A DNA stretch of 64,000 nt. Origin: Camelus ferus. Taxonomy: Eukaryota. The position numbers were made by a program, and so were the translations under genes. The notes below the pieces were generated by a model. That model did not search any database, had not been told where the DNA came from, and saw only the letters and a program-made list of their open reading frames with translations. Each line of letters opens with the position of its first letter. The stretch's first letter is position 1. Below, one piece after another: positions 23,629 to 37,784 of this stretch. The stretch spans positions 83,268,001 through 83,332,000 of the forward strand of contig NC_045697.1 in the NCBI RefSeq assembly GCF_009834535.1, written 5' to 3'.

Positions 23629-26600
23629 AAGAAGGAACACTTAGTGTTTCAGAAGTAAATATCAGGCATAACAAACTTGTTGCTATCCTTTGCTAATTAA
23701 ATTAGCTATAAGACATTTTATTCTTATGTGAGTTTTTACACATGACCTAGAAAGGAAGGCATGTGTGTCAGTGGGAAGGAGGGCACACCAGACTGGTCAG
23801 GCAAAAAGTCCAAATCAAATCTGGTAGTCAACAAGCAGGCAGTACATTAAGACATTTCGTGTAGTCAGAAGGCAAAAACCAGAAGAAAGACCACACATTT
23901 ATTTTGTAAACGCCCACGATGGAATAAGAGGACATACTCAGTGAAAATGTCCACGTGAAACTGGTGGCAGGGAGGTGTGCATGGTAAGGCTCAAAAGAAA
24001 GCTGGATATAGAGATGTAAATTTAAAAATCACTATGAACAAATAGGTGGTGAAGCTGTTGCTGATTTCAAGGGAAGAACACAAAGAAGAGGCAAGACTGG
24101 AAATAGCTCTTATATAAATACTAAAAAAGTAAAGGAGTTATACTTCAACATATTTTCAGATAAAAATGATTATACCTGATACCTGATGTGCTCCTACTGA
24201 CTACGTATTATCATAATTTTAGGATACTATTCTCTATTCAGTTGATCATCAGTTTAAAAGTGGTTAAATACCAGTTTAAAAAATAATAATATTTTATATT
24301 TTATAATAAATGCTATTACAAACTCTAAAAACAAATTCTAACATATCATTGCCTAGTAAATATCTGTGAATCAATTTTAGAGCAAAAACATGCACACAAA
24401 CATTTTTTTTTAATATGCAATGTGTGTTAATAGACTATGTGACACAAAAACATATCTTATGTATTTACAGAATAGCAAGATAGCACTGGAAAATTTTCGG
24501 GACTTGGCCCAACTGGCTCCACAGCCCACTACTTTTTCTGTTTCAAACTATCAACAGACAACTTAGTTTAAGAAATGAGTATCAGAAGTGAAAGATAAGC
24601 AACATAAAAAGGAAAAAAAAAAGAAAGAGAAGAACTGCTTTGATGACTGTCTACAATTCTACTAATAACAAATTTAATCTAGCTTTGCAATAAATTATGA
24701 AATGCATAGATAGTAAGGTTAATATTATTCTTTGGTGAGCCTTTTGTGAGATCCTTAGAGGTATCAGGACTGAGCACATGGAAGTCATTCAGCTGTGACT
24801 CTACCACAAAGCAGTCAAGCTTGTATCATTTCAGAACTTAATATTTTCTGCTACATCTCGACTATTGCTTGCTACATTTTTATTAAAATTCTAGTCTTTT
24901 AGATTGAACATGAATTTTGTCCAATCACATTCACAAAGCTTTAAGTTGCTGACTTGCCCAGGGACCCCTAACCCCTCAAAGATTACTAAGTATCAGCACC
25001 ATCAATTATTTGTAAATGATCAGAAGCCTATAAAAGTTACGTGATGGAGGAAAATCAACTCACTGGGAATCTACTAAGGAAAAAAGTATTTCATCATCTT
25101 CACATAGTCTACCTACTGTCTTTTCATGCTTTTTCTCATGAATAGAAAAATCAGCAAGTAAAATGAGAGGTAGTAACAAGCAAAAAGTAAACATCTGTCC
25201 GTTTTTAGTCCTCCCACAACATTTCTTAATCCAATTTATCTGCCCTTTCTTAATCTTATGTTTAATAATATTATATTGTCATTATTATATAGATACCATA
25301 TGATAAATATTGAATTTATTCTTTAGGAGTTCCTCTAAACAAGTCAGATTGACGATTGCTTCAAAATACTGCTTTGTTTCCTTGCAATAAATGCTCCTCA
25401 TTGCATTTGTAGAGTACAAACTTCATGACTAGGTAAAAATTGTGTTACTTTGCTCATATAAATTTTTAGAGGATAGACAAAAATACATAAATTCATTTAG
25501 GCAAGTGTAAAAGCATTTGATTAGCTCTGAGACTGACAGTTTGGGGCTTCTAATCAACACAAACTACTCCTATCTAAAGAGTAAAATTGCCCATTTATCC
25601 TGTGAGAGACAATTAACTGATATTCTGGAAATTCCTTTTAATTCCCACTCATATGAAAGATATACTGTCTGCATTTATAAAGTTAAGACAGAGCTTTCTT
25701 TTCTTTTGTGAAATATTTTGAGACAAAATTTTCTTTTAAAAATTGGCATAAACAAATTGACTATTACTCTATGAGAAAAGAATACTTTAATATTCCTCTT
25801 CACAATTATTATAACCTTAAATATTATTTTGACACAATGATACTAGCATTTAAGGTCTTTTTTTTCCTTCCTTTGATATTCAAATTCTCTAAAGCCATTA
25901 TATTTAAACAAAACCATTGGTTTTAATTGTATTTTTTTCCTGGTAATATACCCACTTGGAGTTCCTCAATTGTAGAGTTTTTTGGGTTTTTTTAAATCAT
26001 GCTTTACACTGATAAAACCTAATAGTGGCCAGGAACATTGAGTGTTTCTACTTAATTTAGAACTTAATTATTTCAAACCAAGATTTAGCCTGAAGCACAT
26101 CTTGAATGAATAAGCAAAGTCATGGAGATGGAGGGGCATTATCCTGATTCTGAATCATTCACTTTTATAACTTTAAATGGAATGGCAAATAGTGTTGCTT
26201 TAATGAGCTTATATGAATTTTTTTAATATTAGTGAATACTTTGATGGGTGGAGGAATAAGTGAAAGGTTTTCAAGAGAATAATCTTTCAGAATACAGTCT
26301 TAACAAATATTAGATTATCAAAAGGCAAAGAAATATACTTAATGATCATAGTTGAAGAACAAATAACTTTTCAAGGAGCTTATTTTAATTACATTTCCAG
26401 TGTCCTTGACCTTCTTCTGAAAAAACATAAGTGGTACTTATTTGTAGAAGAATCACCATCTCCTGACTTTCTAGGCTCACAGTCATTGCTTGAGGGCTTT
26501 ATCTATTAATAGAGTCACTTCAGGTTACTCTCATTATGTCCTCCCAAGCTTCGATCCTGCCAGCAATATCGATCTGCAAATGGGTTGCCCAAGGACAATG

Positions 26601-27574
26601 GCACCATTAATTGTTAAGTGATCTGAAAAGCAATTAGAGAGCTCCAGGCTCATGCACAAATGGATAGTCAGAGCTGTCAGCCTAATCAGATACGGTTATA
26701 CTCGCCTGTGGACCAGTTGGACTCCTCAGAAATGTCCTCCACATCTGCCACTTTCCCACTTCTCACAATAAGCACATGCCAAGCCTTATAGTTGGAAAAT
26801 CTTGTTTCCTAGGAAGTCTTTGCACATATGTGACCAAGAATCACATTGGTCTGACAAAGTCCTTCAGAGGGAGCTCAATTAGAAGCCAGACTCAGAAAAA
26901 AACCAAAAAATATATATAAGGGTAAGAAAGATTCACCTTCGTGTGAATTGAAAAGAATAATATAGTTGTAAAATCTAAAAATTATTCAAAAGCCATGCAT
27001 GGATATTATTAGCATCTATAATTTCTCATCTAAGTCAACACACCACCATTTCAAAACCCCACACACCCATTATCTCTCATCTTATGCAAAAACACACTAA
27101 ATACATTCAACTCTTAAAATTAAAAACTCCAAAAAAATTATGTAAGAATTTTAATAACTATAAAGAACTGTGATGCCCACCCTTGGAATTAATATACACA
27201 AATATCACTGTATTGACTTCTTAATTAATAATCATTCTAACTATTTCCCTTATTTTCTGTGACATGGATAAAATATTAAATAATGTAAACAGTAAAATTA
27301 TCTTTTATAGTAAACAGTTTGAAATTTATGTGTAGTTATGATTTCAGACTAGGTACTTTTGGAATTGTCTCTTTGGACTTGACTAATTTACTTGTTTAGA
27401 AAACTATCAGAAAATTATCAGTTACCACTCTTGTCAATATCTTCCATTGTCATCTACCTTAGTGCCTATTATGTTTATCTTGCAAACTAAACTAAAAGCA
27501 CAGAGGACTTGTTTTATTAATAATAGTAACAGATCTTCCACCCAAAGGATAACCAAATACAGATGCATGTTTAT

Positions 27575-27690
27575 CTATTTAATAAATATTTATTGTACAC
27601 TTATCTGTGGTCAGGCCCTGTGCTGGCCTGGAGACACTAGTGGTAAATAAGAAAATAAAGCTACCGCCACAGATTTGATTCAACTGGCTG
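27575..27690 (-). mobile_element. L2 3' end
   Basis: atttaataaatatttattg...caggccctgtgctggcctggagacac. Confidence 0.65.
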
Positions 27691-28396
27691 AACACTTATA
27701 GTAGTCTGCCCATATTTTGTTACTGTCCCTTTCAACATGCTCTTTTGAAACAAAAGGCATAACATACAAGAAGGTCATGGCCCTGCAATTTGGCAAACCT
27801 GTATTTAGAAAATTTGGACTCTCATTCCGAATACTGATCACGAGTTTAAATTTAGGAGAGCCACTTAAACTTTGTGTCTTGGTTTCTTTATATGTTTGTC
27901 ATGTGTTTTTCTTCATGGCCCTGACCTTGCAGAAGCACACAGATACAGGCACACTGGCACTGTGCCTAACTTTTCTTTCTTTTCCCTGTGGCTTAGTAGG
28001 AAACTGTAGGAGTTCAATTCAAGTTCTTTCAACCTAACTAAACTTATGGATAAAATAAGAATGTCCATCAAACTACTAAGGTATCTTTACTATACAGATA
28101 TAGTTGTAGGCAATATTGATTTTAGCCTAACTGTTACAGGAATAAAACTAATAATTATTAAGTCTGGGATTTGTTTTATATTCAGCCATTGTCCTATGCA
28201 CTTTACATATTTCTATCTCATTTAACACTTCCAACAGTGCTCATACTAAGGAGTCACTAAAGGAAGTGTCACCTAAAGAATTCAGGACATACCTTCAGTT
28301 TGTCTAAGTTCTTTCCGTTAGTGTAAAGTCCTCTCACAATCGCACAAGTTCACTACTAATTAAATTACAATCTTTGCCCTTTTTTCTGTTCTTAAC

Positions 28397-28572
28397 TTTT
28401 TTTTAATTGAAGTACAGTCAGTTACAATGTGTCAATTTCTGGTCTCAGTCATACATGTATATACATATATTCATTTTCATACTCTTTTTCATTAAAGGTT
28501 ATTACAAGATACTGAACATAGTTCCCTGTGTTATACAGAAGGAACTTCAAAAAATCTATTTATATACATATA
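28397..28572 (-). mobile_element. Young camelid-type L1 3' terminus
   Basis: ttttaattgaagtacagtcagttacaatgtgtcaatttctgg...ggttattacaagatactgaacatagttccctgtg. Confidence 0.8.
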
Positions 28573-28579
28573 TCTTCTT

Positions 28580-28875
28580 AATTTTTTAATAAGAATTATA
28601 AAACACATAAAAACAGCGAGAGAATAGTATTATGTCCCCATACGTATATGCAGCCATTACCATCCTTCATCTCTCTCACCAGCAAATCCCAGACATTATA
28701 GCATTCCAGTCTAAGTAGGTACTCCCAAAATATCATTATCACACATAAAGAAAATAAAAATAAGTCCTTAATATCATTTAATACATGTTTAACAAATTTC
28801 AAAACGTCCCAACTGTTTTATAGTTGTTTTTAATAATTGTCTCGTTCAAATCAGGATTCAAAAAAGATACACATT
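28580..28875 (-). mobile_element. Ancient L1MC4/5-like 3' end
   Basis: agagaatagtattatg, gcaaatcccagacatta, ccttaatatcattt, gttcaaatcaggattc. Confidence 0.55.
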
Positions 28876-29449
28876 TTCTTCTTTCAATATCCTTCTTCTA
28901 ATACCTAACATATTCACTAGATCTTCAACTTTTCCAGTCTATACGTACTTTCTTAATAACTCAAAATTTTCCCATTTCCTCATTTCACATTTCCAACAAC
29001 TCATTTATTCCAATATACGAATGGCCAATTCTCTTCTGATAATTTGATTACATTGCTATGTAGTCGGAAATCAATAAATTTAGGCAGGGAATACGTCCTG
29101 TCACTGTTAAAGGGAATAACAATGTATTATTTAATGATCGTCCTTAACTACCAGTAAAAGAGTTATAGATTTTTAAGCACAGCGGTCAGTAATTTATCTT
29201 CCTAGGTCAATCTTTAAAGTCTGTCACTATAAACCTAAGCCTATGCACAGAGGCTCTGGTATTTTTGTTTCAATAAAAATATTTGGAGTAAATGCTTTAA
29301 GTGTTCAAGAATAAAAAAGAAAATATCCTTTCAATTGATTCAGCCAGTTCAGAGATAACTACAGTTGTTATTTTGCTATACTTTATTTTCTTGCTTCATA
29401 CTTGCAAAAGAAATAGAATAAGAGGTATGGATCAAAGACATTGAAAAAT

Positions 29450-29790
29450 TATAATAGGATGTATGGGGGCAAATTCTAGATTCAGATAGAATGAATTCAA
29501 ACCTCATTTCTGATAATTACGAGCTTTTGATCTACAAATCTTAATCTTTCTAAGCATCAGTTTCCTCACCCCCAAAAAAGGAAATTAATGTTTATATTAT
29601 TGGGCAGTTTTTAAAAAAATGTAGTGTGGCAATTCAGAATGCTAGTCCATCTGTTACAACGCATAGATTTGAATCTAGGCCTAATCGTTTACTAGACTTA
29701 TTTATACCTTCCAAGTGTGAGTTTCCTCATCTATAAAATGAAACTGATAATAAGATAAAAATCAATATTTTACTGAGAATTTGAGAAAGC
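29450..29790 (+). mobile_element. Two tandem MIR fragments
   Basis: ctttctaagcatcagtttcctcac and gtttcctcatctataaaatg cores. Confidence 0.6.
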
Positions 29791-31899
29791 CTGTGACTTT
29801 TTTTAAAAAATATTTTTTAAAAAAGGAACTTGTGCTTAAGGGTATTTCTTGTTTGTAATCTATTATACTCCTGTCACCAAATTTAAAATATTGTAATAGC
29901 CACGGTTTCAACTGTATGTTCAATAATGGGAAAATATTCAATATATGCTGAACCTAGCAATATAAAGAGCTCCTTTTATAAAGCTCCTTTAACTCTGTTC
30001 ACTTTGTTTATAATTGATTATTTTTAGACAAACTAGTGATCCATCTGACCTGCTAGAATATAAGTTGATGACAATTATTTACTATATAAGAACGCTCCTC
30101 CTACTGTGTGAAACAAACATATATCATCGAGATCTTAACTAGTAAAAATAAATTTTCTTCACCTTTGCAGCTGTCTAAATGCAAATAAAATACTTGAGAT
30201 TTTGTATAACTTATACTCACTTTCAGACTTAATTGTGCCATTTTTTTGTTGTTGAAAAGAGATAACCAAAAAACCTACAATAAACAAATGCTGCTTTTGA
30301 TTTTTATTAAAATGTAAGCAAAATCAAGACTTCCTTTGGGCCAGAAATAATTCTTTTCATAATCCCTAAGAATAGTTTTTCTGTCTGATCTAACTGCCTT
30401 GATTATTGTGGAAAAAATTATATCATATATTTGAAATCAAAATAGACATTTATTTTTAGAGTTTTAATATATATAGTTGCTTCTCTGTTAACTGCTTTTG
30501 TATAATATCCAAGTGGAGCAACATAAAAGATTCCTATAAATAACCAATTATTTCAAATAATTTTAGATGTGGTCTGGGAGAATAAAAATAGTTTACTTAC
30601 AAAAAGACAATCCTTCAAGAAACAACTTTAAATACACTCAAATTTTTACAAAATGCAACTTCAGAAAGCAATTCAGTCTTCCAGGAAACAGAATTCATGG
30701 AGTCCCTTGGGAAGAGCCCAGCTATGACAACTCTGGTTTCCAGCTGGACAGTTCCATTAACACATTTGAAACGCACAAGCCTCCTGAGAGACTCAGTGCA
30801 ACGTTTGGTCTCTCTGACTTTCTTTTTCATCTGACAGTCACACTTTAAGATCCAGGCCTGGAATATGTCTAAGCTACAACACAATATTAGTTACAGTAAC
30901 TAGGATAAAATAAAGAATATACTTTACAGTTATTAAAATGTGTAATATAATTAAGTAAATGTAATAAGTCCAAAGAAATTAAAATTATAAAGCCTGATGG
31001 CTTGAAATTAAAGCAGGCAACGTCCCAGGCCAGTGTCTGTCTATGTACGACTGCGCTGGCCAAGGAGCGCATGTAGAAGGGAGAAAATGTCAGGCAGCAG
31101 GGAGGAAGTGAGAAGGCTGCTTCATGGAATTAGCCAGATCAGTGAGACACTTGCAGAGATATAAGGGAAAGCAGATGGCACAAGCTGGCTACACTAACAA
31201 CAGCATACAACATCTAAAGGTCAAACTCTTCTTGCCCTGCCTTTTCTTTCCTGATTCAGTCCAAATTGTCCAGCCACTTTTTTGCTGTCACTGAGACATA
31301 CACACACACAAGGTCTTTGGGAAATTTTACACTATCTCCTTTCCCTTCTCCACAATAAAGAGACTAGAAATTTTTTATCTGAAAGTATTCTTGCAATGAG
31401 AAAACGAATGCTTATTTTCAAATGCATGTACAACTTTTACTGAATAATGGCATGTGAAATTTAGGGTTTCCTAGTTGGCTTGACTTCACAGAGATTGTTA
31501 AGTGTTCTCAATGTTTTCAGTCTGGGACTAGCCAGTGGGATGGATTGTTTTGAGCCTTTTCCTTCTGTGAATGAAAATCAAAACTGCTTAAAACCTTCTC
31601 TAAAAGTAATGTAGTCATTCTGTCATTGGCCCTGGCATCCACAGCAAAACAATACCATTGTAAAATAATGGTCTGCTCTTTGAATGTCCCTATTGTGTTT
31701 TCCCTCAGAGACTCTACCTTTCTCAAACTTCTCTGATCCTAAAATAAATTTCTGTGAAGTATAGAAAAATAGAGTAAAATACCTGCAGCATTGACGGAAG
31801 CTTAAAGAGCTCACCCTTGTACATAACATAAATATTCCACTTACTTTTATTATGTTTCTGTGCATCCAACACCACATGTGACTCAAATTACAGATCTAC

Positions 31900-33840
31900 T
31901 CTGAAGGGCAGGTGGAAAATTGGTAAGACGATAGGCAACTCTGGATTGTCATTGTAAATGGTAAAGCAATATGTGAAATTACAGTGTTTTAAGGTCCCAG
32001 TAATATCAGGAAAGAGATTATTAATTTAGAGTAGACAGTATGAACTCAAGAATGCATATCGTAACCTCTAAGATAACCACTAAAAGAACAGTAAGAAACG
32101 TCTGGCTAAGAAGCTAATTTTGTGTTGAGATGGAAGAAGATTAAATAATAAAATATTTTGCATTTGGTTAATTCAAAAAAGATAAGAAAGGATAGAAAAA
32201 GAGTAATATAACATATAGTATAAGTGGGGGAAAGTTATTTATAACTTTAAACAAAAATATATTACCAACATATTTATGGAAAATGGATTAAATATTCCAA
32301 TTGAAAGAAAAAACATATGAGTATTAAAGAAATAACTACTTTCATTGGAGTATAGTATAGTTGATTTACAATGTTGTGTTAGTTTCTGATGTACAGCATA
32401 GTGATTCATTCATGTTCTTTCTCATGTAAGTAATCACAAGATACTGAATATAGTTCCTTGTCCTATACCATAGGATCTTGTTGTTTATCTGTTTTATACA
32501 TGGGAGTTTGTATCTATTAATCCCAAACTCCTAATTTATTCCTCCCTCTTCTTTCCCCTTTGGTAACCGTAAGTTTGTTTTCCATGTCTAAGAAAATTTT
32601 ATAGTTATACAAACATCAGAAAAAGTAGACTTTAAGGCAATATGTTTTATCAGAGATGCAGGTGGGCATTTCAAAATATTTATAAAGTGGTCAGCACAGT
32701 CAGAAGAGAAAAATTCTAAATTTTTATTGATCTGAAGAGTTAGTTTCAAAATATATTCAACAACATTTAACAGAACTAAAAGGAGAAGTTGATTAATTCT
32801 CAATTATATTTAGAAATAGCTTATTTTTCTCTCTAACTGATCCAATAAGCTGACAAAAAATCAGTAAGCATATAAAAGAAAGACAATGAACAAGCCTGAC
32901 CTAATTAATGGGTATAGAATACCACACACCACAATGAGAGAATACATTTTATTTTCAAATAAACATTTATCAAAACTAACCATATGTTGATTCAAGTCTA
33001 AATAAATTTCTAAAGATTGAAAGCATCTAGCACAGAATCTCTGACCACAGCAGAATCACAATACAAGAAAATCCCTGACTTCTAAAAACCAGTCAAAGAA
33101 GAAATCACAATAAGAAGTACAAAGTACTTTTAACTAATAGATAATGAAAATGCAACTTGTCAAAGCTTGAAGGACACAGTTAAACCTATGCTTGGAGGAA
33201 AATTGATAACCTGGAACGTACATGTTACACATAAAAAGCTTAAATCCACGATCTATGTATCCATCTCTAGAAATTAGAAAATGAATAGAAATTAAACAAA
33301 AAGAAAGAAGAAAATAATAAAGTAAAAACAGAAAATAATTTAAAAAAAGGTAAGTATACAGTAAGTAAAAAATTTTTTAATGTAAGTTGTTATATACTTA
33401 TACACACAACTATATACCAATTAATTTAAAAACTTACATGAACTGGAAAGATTTCTAGAGAAACAATTTACCAAAACTTACAAAATAAAGGAAATCTAAG
33501 TATTTCTGTTAATTTTACATCTCTACTTAAATCATCTTTGTATAAAGAAATCTCCAGCCCTAAATTTCCTTACCAGAACATTCTCTCAAATATTTAAGTA
33601 ACATCCTACATAAAGTCATCCAGAAAATAGAAAAAGGAGTAGTTCTCAACTCATTTTATGGAGTCAGCATATCCTTGATATAAAACCCTGATGAAGATAT
33701 ATTAAGAAAGGGAATCTATAAACCAATATATCTCATAAAAAAGAATGAAAAGAAATTCTGAACAAAAATATTATCTAATCAAAGCCAGCCATATAAAATA
33801 AATTAAAATTATATCCTTACATGGAGTGGTTTCTCTGCTT
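31900..33840 (+). mobile_element. Ancient L1M (inter-ORF region and 5' ORF2), decayed
   Basis: aaaatggattaaatattccaattgaaag, aagtagactttaaggcaa, tctctgaccacagcagaatc, caactcattttatggag. Confidence 0.75.
32340..32589 (-). mobile_element. Artiodactyl L1 3'UTR fragment nested in an older L1
   Basis: ttggagtatag...ttgatttacaatgttgtgttagtttctg...ttcccctttggtaaccgtaagtttgttt. Confidence 0.85.
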
Positions 33841-34449
33841 GAGAAATCGATGGCTACTAGAGAAATAAGAATAATATTTGTCTGAAATGATGATTGATCC
33901 CAATTCAAAATATGTTTCAAGTATAATTTGATGGTTTATATTTACATATGAAGTAATAGAAATCTCAAAATAAAACAAAATCTGGGCAAATACTGTTAAT
34001 ATTCTGGTCATAATGTGTAGCATATTTCCTGTTGTAGCTTTCCTCACAGTTCTTGTGCCCATTGAATAAATAAATAAATAAAGAGATTACATATAGTAAA
34101 AGATGTGCTCTGAAGAACTCTGGTGCAAGTTTTGAAGACCATAAAGATAATCGCTTTTTTCCCTAATTTAAAATAGCCTTGTTAAATAAAACTGAGTAAC
34201 AACAAGCGAAATAAAATTAATCAGTTTCTTTTCATAAAAAGTGGAGTACACCTTGGAGCTTGCTGTGCTAGTAGACGGTACAACACTCCAAGAGGAAAGC
34301 ACACTGGAGCCTCAAACTCACTTCATGCTGGAACCACCACCTTCCTTTTTCTGCCATGCGGCAGTACTCTGAGTAATTCTGCTTTAAGTAAACTTGATGA
34401 TTCAAAGAACTTTTTGAGGCTGGTGTGCCAATGATTGTACAAAAATACA

Positions 34450-34580
34450 TTAGACAAATGAGGAAACTAAAGCCCAGAAAAGTAAAATTTGTCTAAGGCC
34501 ACTAGGCAGGCAAGTGGGAGAAAATCCACATATTTCACTTTCAATGTCTCATGCAGTTCATGTATAAGCTAAGATGCTGT
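34450..34580 (-). mobile_element. MIR fragment
   Basis: acaaatgaggaaactaaagcccagaaaagtaaa. Confidence 0.6.
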
Positions 34581-35079
34581 TTTCTTTATTTAGACTATGC
34601 CAATTCTCTCATCTCCTTACCAAAAATATTTAGTCATATTTCAGCAACTCTTGGGAATTATAATTTTTAAATGTACTCCTCATACATGCAGAACGGAAGA
34701 GCTAAGAGATGACAGACAAGTTACCATCCCTATGCTTAACTCCACTTTTTCACTTGTACCACCAGATCACTGGCAGTGATACTGGATATAGCTGGTCCTC
34801 TGATACCAGCTTTTCTTACCTAGATGAATCTTTCTGGATTCATTTCCTTTTACCCTTTGTCTTTACACATCTGCCTTGACAATTTCCAACCATGGCTCAA
34901 CCCATCTGTCCATTTCCTTTGTTCCTTTTCCCAGACTACTAAGAGTACACTGCAGTAAAAGCAATACTGTTATTCAACTTTCTCACTATGTTTTTAAAAA
35001 ATGCATGTATATACCAATTCCATTCTTTGTCCCAACTCTTTAATCAAATACTAGTGGAGTGTTCCAAATCTGTTTCCAA

Positions 35080-36830
35080 AGCTACCCAGCAGATGTCCTT
35101 GTTTCATACTATGAGGAGATAAAGCCATCAGGAGCAAATGTTTTCAAACATCCTCTCCACCTCCAAGCATACTGAAAATTTACTTACATTGGTTTCATGT
35201 GCTCTTTTCTCAAAGAAAACCAAGACTCTCTTTTCCAATAGTTATTTCTCTAATAATTCTCATCTTTCCACTCAGCTTTTCTTAAACGAGTCATCTCTAT
35301 CTGCTGCCTCCTCTTTCTCATTTCCCTTCATTCTTCCACTCATCAGAATCTATCTTTCCTCTGATTATTGCACTAAAAATGTTCTTGGGGAAAAACCTCT
35401 TATTGTTTCGTAATTGTGAAGGCCAATGACCTCTTCAGTGTCCTTGTCTTTCTTGATCTCATGGTCTGATTTTGTAAAATTGACCATTCTCTCTTTAAAA
35501 CTTCCCATTCCTTTATCTTCTATTTTGCCCCCTTTTCATAGCGTCATTAAATCTCTGATTGTACCTCATCTTCTTTACCAGCAAGTTGCTTCCTTTTGCT
35601 ACTTAAATACTGGTGTCTCGCAGGGTTCTGTTACCATCTATAGTCTCTTCCCTCTATCTTCCTATGCAGAGTAATCTATGATTCACATGAACTTAACTAT
35701 CAGTTGCAATAGTCAGAATCCTCAAGTCTACATCCTTAGTCCTGGCCAGTCTCCTGAGCATCAGAGACGTTTCCAAATGGCTGCTTTATCTAAATATCCC
35801 ACTGTACCTCCAGTTTAGCCTGTTCAAAACTGAATTCCTCATTTTCCCTCTAAAGCCTGCTTCTCCATCTGTCTTCCCCTGTAATAATAAATCATCATTT
35901 ACTCAGTTGCCACAGCTAAAAATCTACCATTCACAAGTTCTCCCTTCCTAACTTCCAGTATTAAATACAGCTTTTGAGTCTTATTTTTTTAAATACTTCT
36001 CTAAGGATTCCATCCTTTATATTTCCATTATCTTAATGAAAAAACTCAGCATCAGGACTACTTGTAGAGTCTGATGATCTCCTTTGCCCACCTCCTCTCA
36101 CAGCAAAAATACCTCTCACAAGGGGGAAAGGTGGGTTAGGGGTAAAATAGGAGTTTGGGATTAGCAGATACAAACCACTATATACAGAATAGATAAACAA
36201 CAAGGTTCTACTATACAGCACAGGGAACTATATTTAATATCTTGTAATAACCTATAATGAAAAGGAATATGAAAACGAATATATATATATAATATCTGAA
36301 TCACGATGCTATACACCAGAAACAAATACATTTAAAATCAACTACATTGCAATAAAAATAAAATAAAATAAAATAAAATAAAATTGAACACATACACACA
36401 CACACAAAATACCATTCACCTTGCTACGAGAGTTCTCTCTTTCAGTATATATTTTCTTATATTCCTCTTCCATTTTTAAAAATCTTGTAAGTTTCCCTAC
36501 TATCTACAGTGTATAGGTTAAAATCCTCAGTATGGAATTCAAGGATATTTGTAATGTAGCCCCACATTGCTCACTTCCAATTGCTGCTTTCATTCACTCC
36601 ATGTTCTAATCATACAAAGTAATTCACAGTTACTTGAATGTATCAGTTATTATCATACCTGCATGACTGTGCAAGAAACAACTGCAGTGTGATTTTTTTT
36701 TCTTTTTTTTTTTTTTTACTATTTTTGCTTTTAAAACTGTGCTCTTTCTTTATTCCTAGTTTTCTTTAGTCCTGGCTAAAATGCATGTGCAGTCAAGATC
36801 CAATTAAAATACACTGAACTTTTTCAAAAC
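35080..36830 (+). mobile_element. Long L2 LINE relic (ORF2 to 3' region)
   Basis: Pyrimidine-rich; cttaaatactggtgtctcgcagggttctg, ctctcctgagcatcagag, tgttcaaaactgaattcctc, aaaatcctcagtatggaattcaagg. Confidence 0.7.
36120..36405 (+). mobile_element. 5'-truncated artiodactyl L1 3'UTR inserted in L2
   Basis: ggagtttgggattagcagatacaaac...(AAAAT)n/(CA)n tail; TSD aaaatacctctcac / aaaataccattcac at 36106-36119 / 36406-36419. Confidence 0.85.
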
Positions 36831-36969
36831 AATTCCTGCTCATTTCTTCCCTCTTTATTCAGCAGAATTACTTTATTTTTCATCTTAAATTATATGGTCT
36901 TCAGTGAGACTTTTCATGTTACATAAGTTGTAAAGTACTGCAAATAAAACTATATATATCATCTAGGAA

Positions 36970-37135
36970 GTCAGAGATGCCTTAATTTTAATCTCGTATC
37001 TTCTTTTTAATGCTACGAAACCTTGGAGAGGTCACGGTCCTCTCCGAAAATTAGTTTTCTCACCTGTCAAAACAGGGATAACGTGTCTCAGAGATGTTGG
37101 AGATATTAAAGGAAGCATAGTGCCTAGAACATTAA
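36970..37135 (+). mobile_element. MIR
   Basis: agttttctcacctgtcaaaacagggataa. Confidence 0.6.
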
Positions 37136-37164
37136 TCAATTTGACTTTATTCACTTTAATAAAA

Positions 37165-37410
37165 ATAATAACAGCAACAATAATATAAAAGTAGTATCTT
37201 TTAGGTAGATGCCAATGTTTTATGCACTTTTAATGTACTGATTTATTTAATTCTTCCAATAGCCCTAGATGATTATTACTATAATTTTCTCATTTTATAT
37301 ATGAGGAATCAAGTACTTAAAAAGATTAATTAACCTGACCAATGTCACAGATATAGTAAATAAGAGAGTCACAATTTCTACCCAGACAGTCTGGCTTCAG
37401 ATCTCCATCT
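37165..37410 (-). mobile_element. MIR, near full length
   Basis: atttaattcttccaatagcccta...ctcattttatatatgaggaa...ccaatgtcacag...cccagacagtctggcttcag. Confidence 0.75.
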
Positions 37411-37784
37411 GGCTAATAATGGCAAACTTGAAATATTCTTTGGTGTTTGTATGGCTTTTCTAAGGCTTCCCCTTTTCTGTTTTGCAATCAGCTCCAATTC
37501 TGGCCCCATTCCTACCCAGATTCACCCATGTGTTTATTCCTGCCTTTGACCTGGAATTTTGGCATTTAGACTCAGTTCCTCTAGTATCTGAACATCAGCT
37601 TTGCCCAGCAAATCCTGTTTGTTCATCCTTAGGCATTTTCAGCAAATCCCCACTACCAACACCACTGATTCCTCGCAAGACCAGGGACCTACTTCATTTC
37701 TAATAATTCCAATTGTGATCATCACTTGGTTAGTATTTCCATAGGTCAGCACCTTTCAAGTGAGAAGATATTATAATAGCTCTT

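Noticed and set aside
29799..29824. 26-bp perfect palindrome T6A6TAT6A6
   Set aside because: Homopolymer low complexity; likely slippage or chance
33821..33856. Minus-strand 36/33-nt micro-exon (tctctagtag acceptor, cat/gtaagg donor)
   Set aside because: It lies at the end of a decayed L1 whose antisense strand commonly provides cryptic splice signals; the peptide is unrecognised
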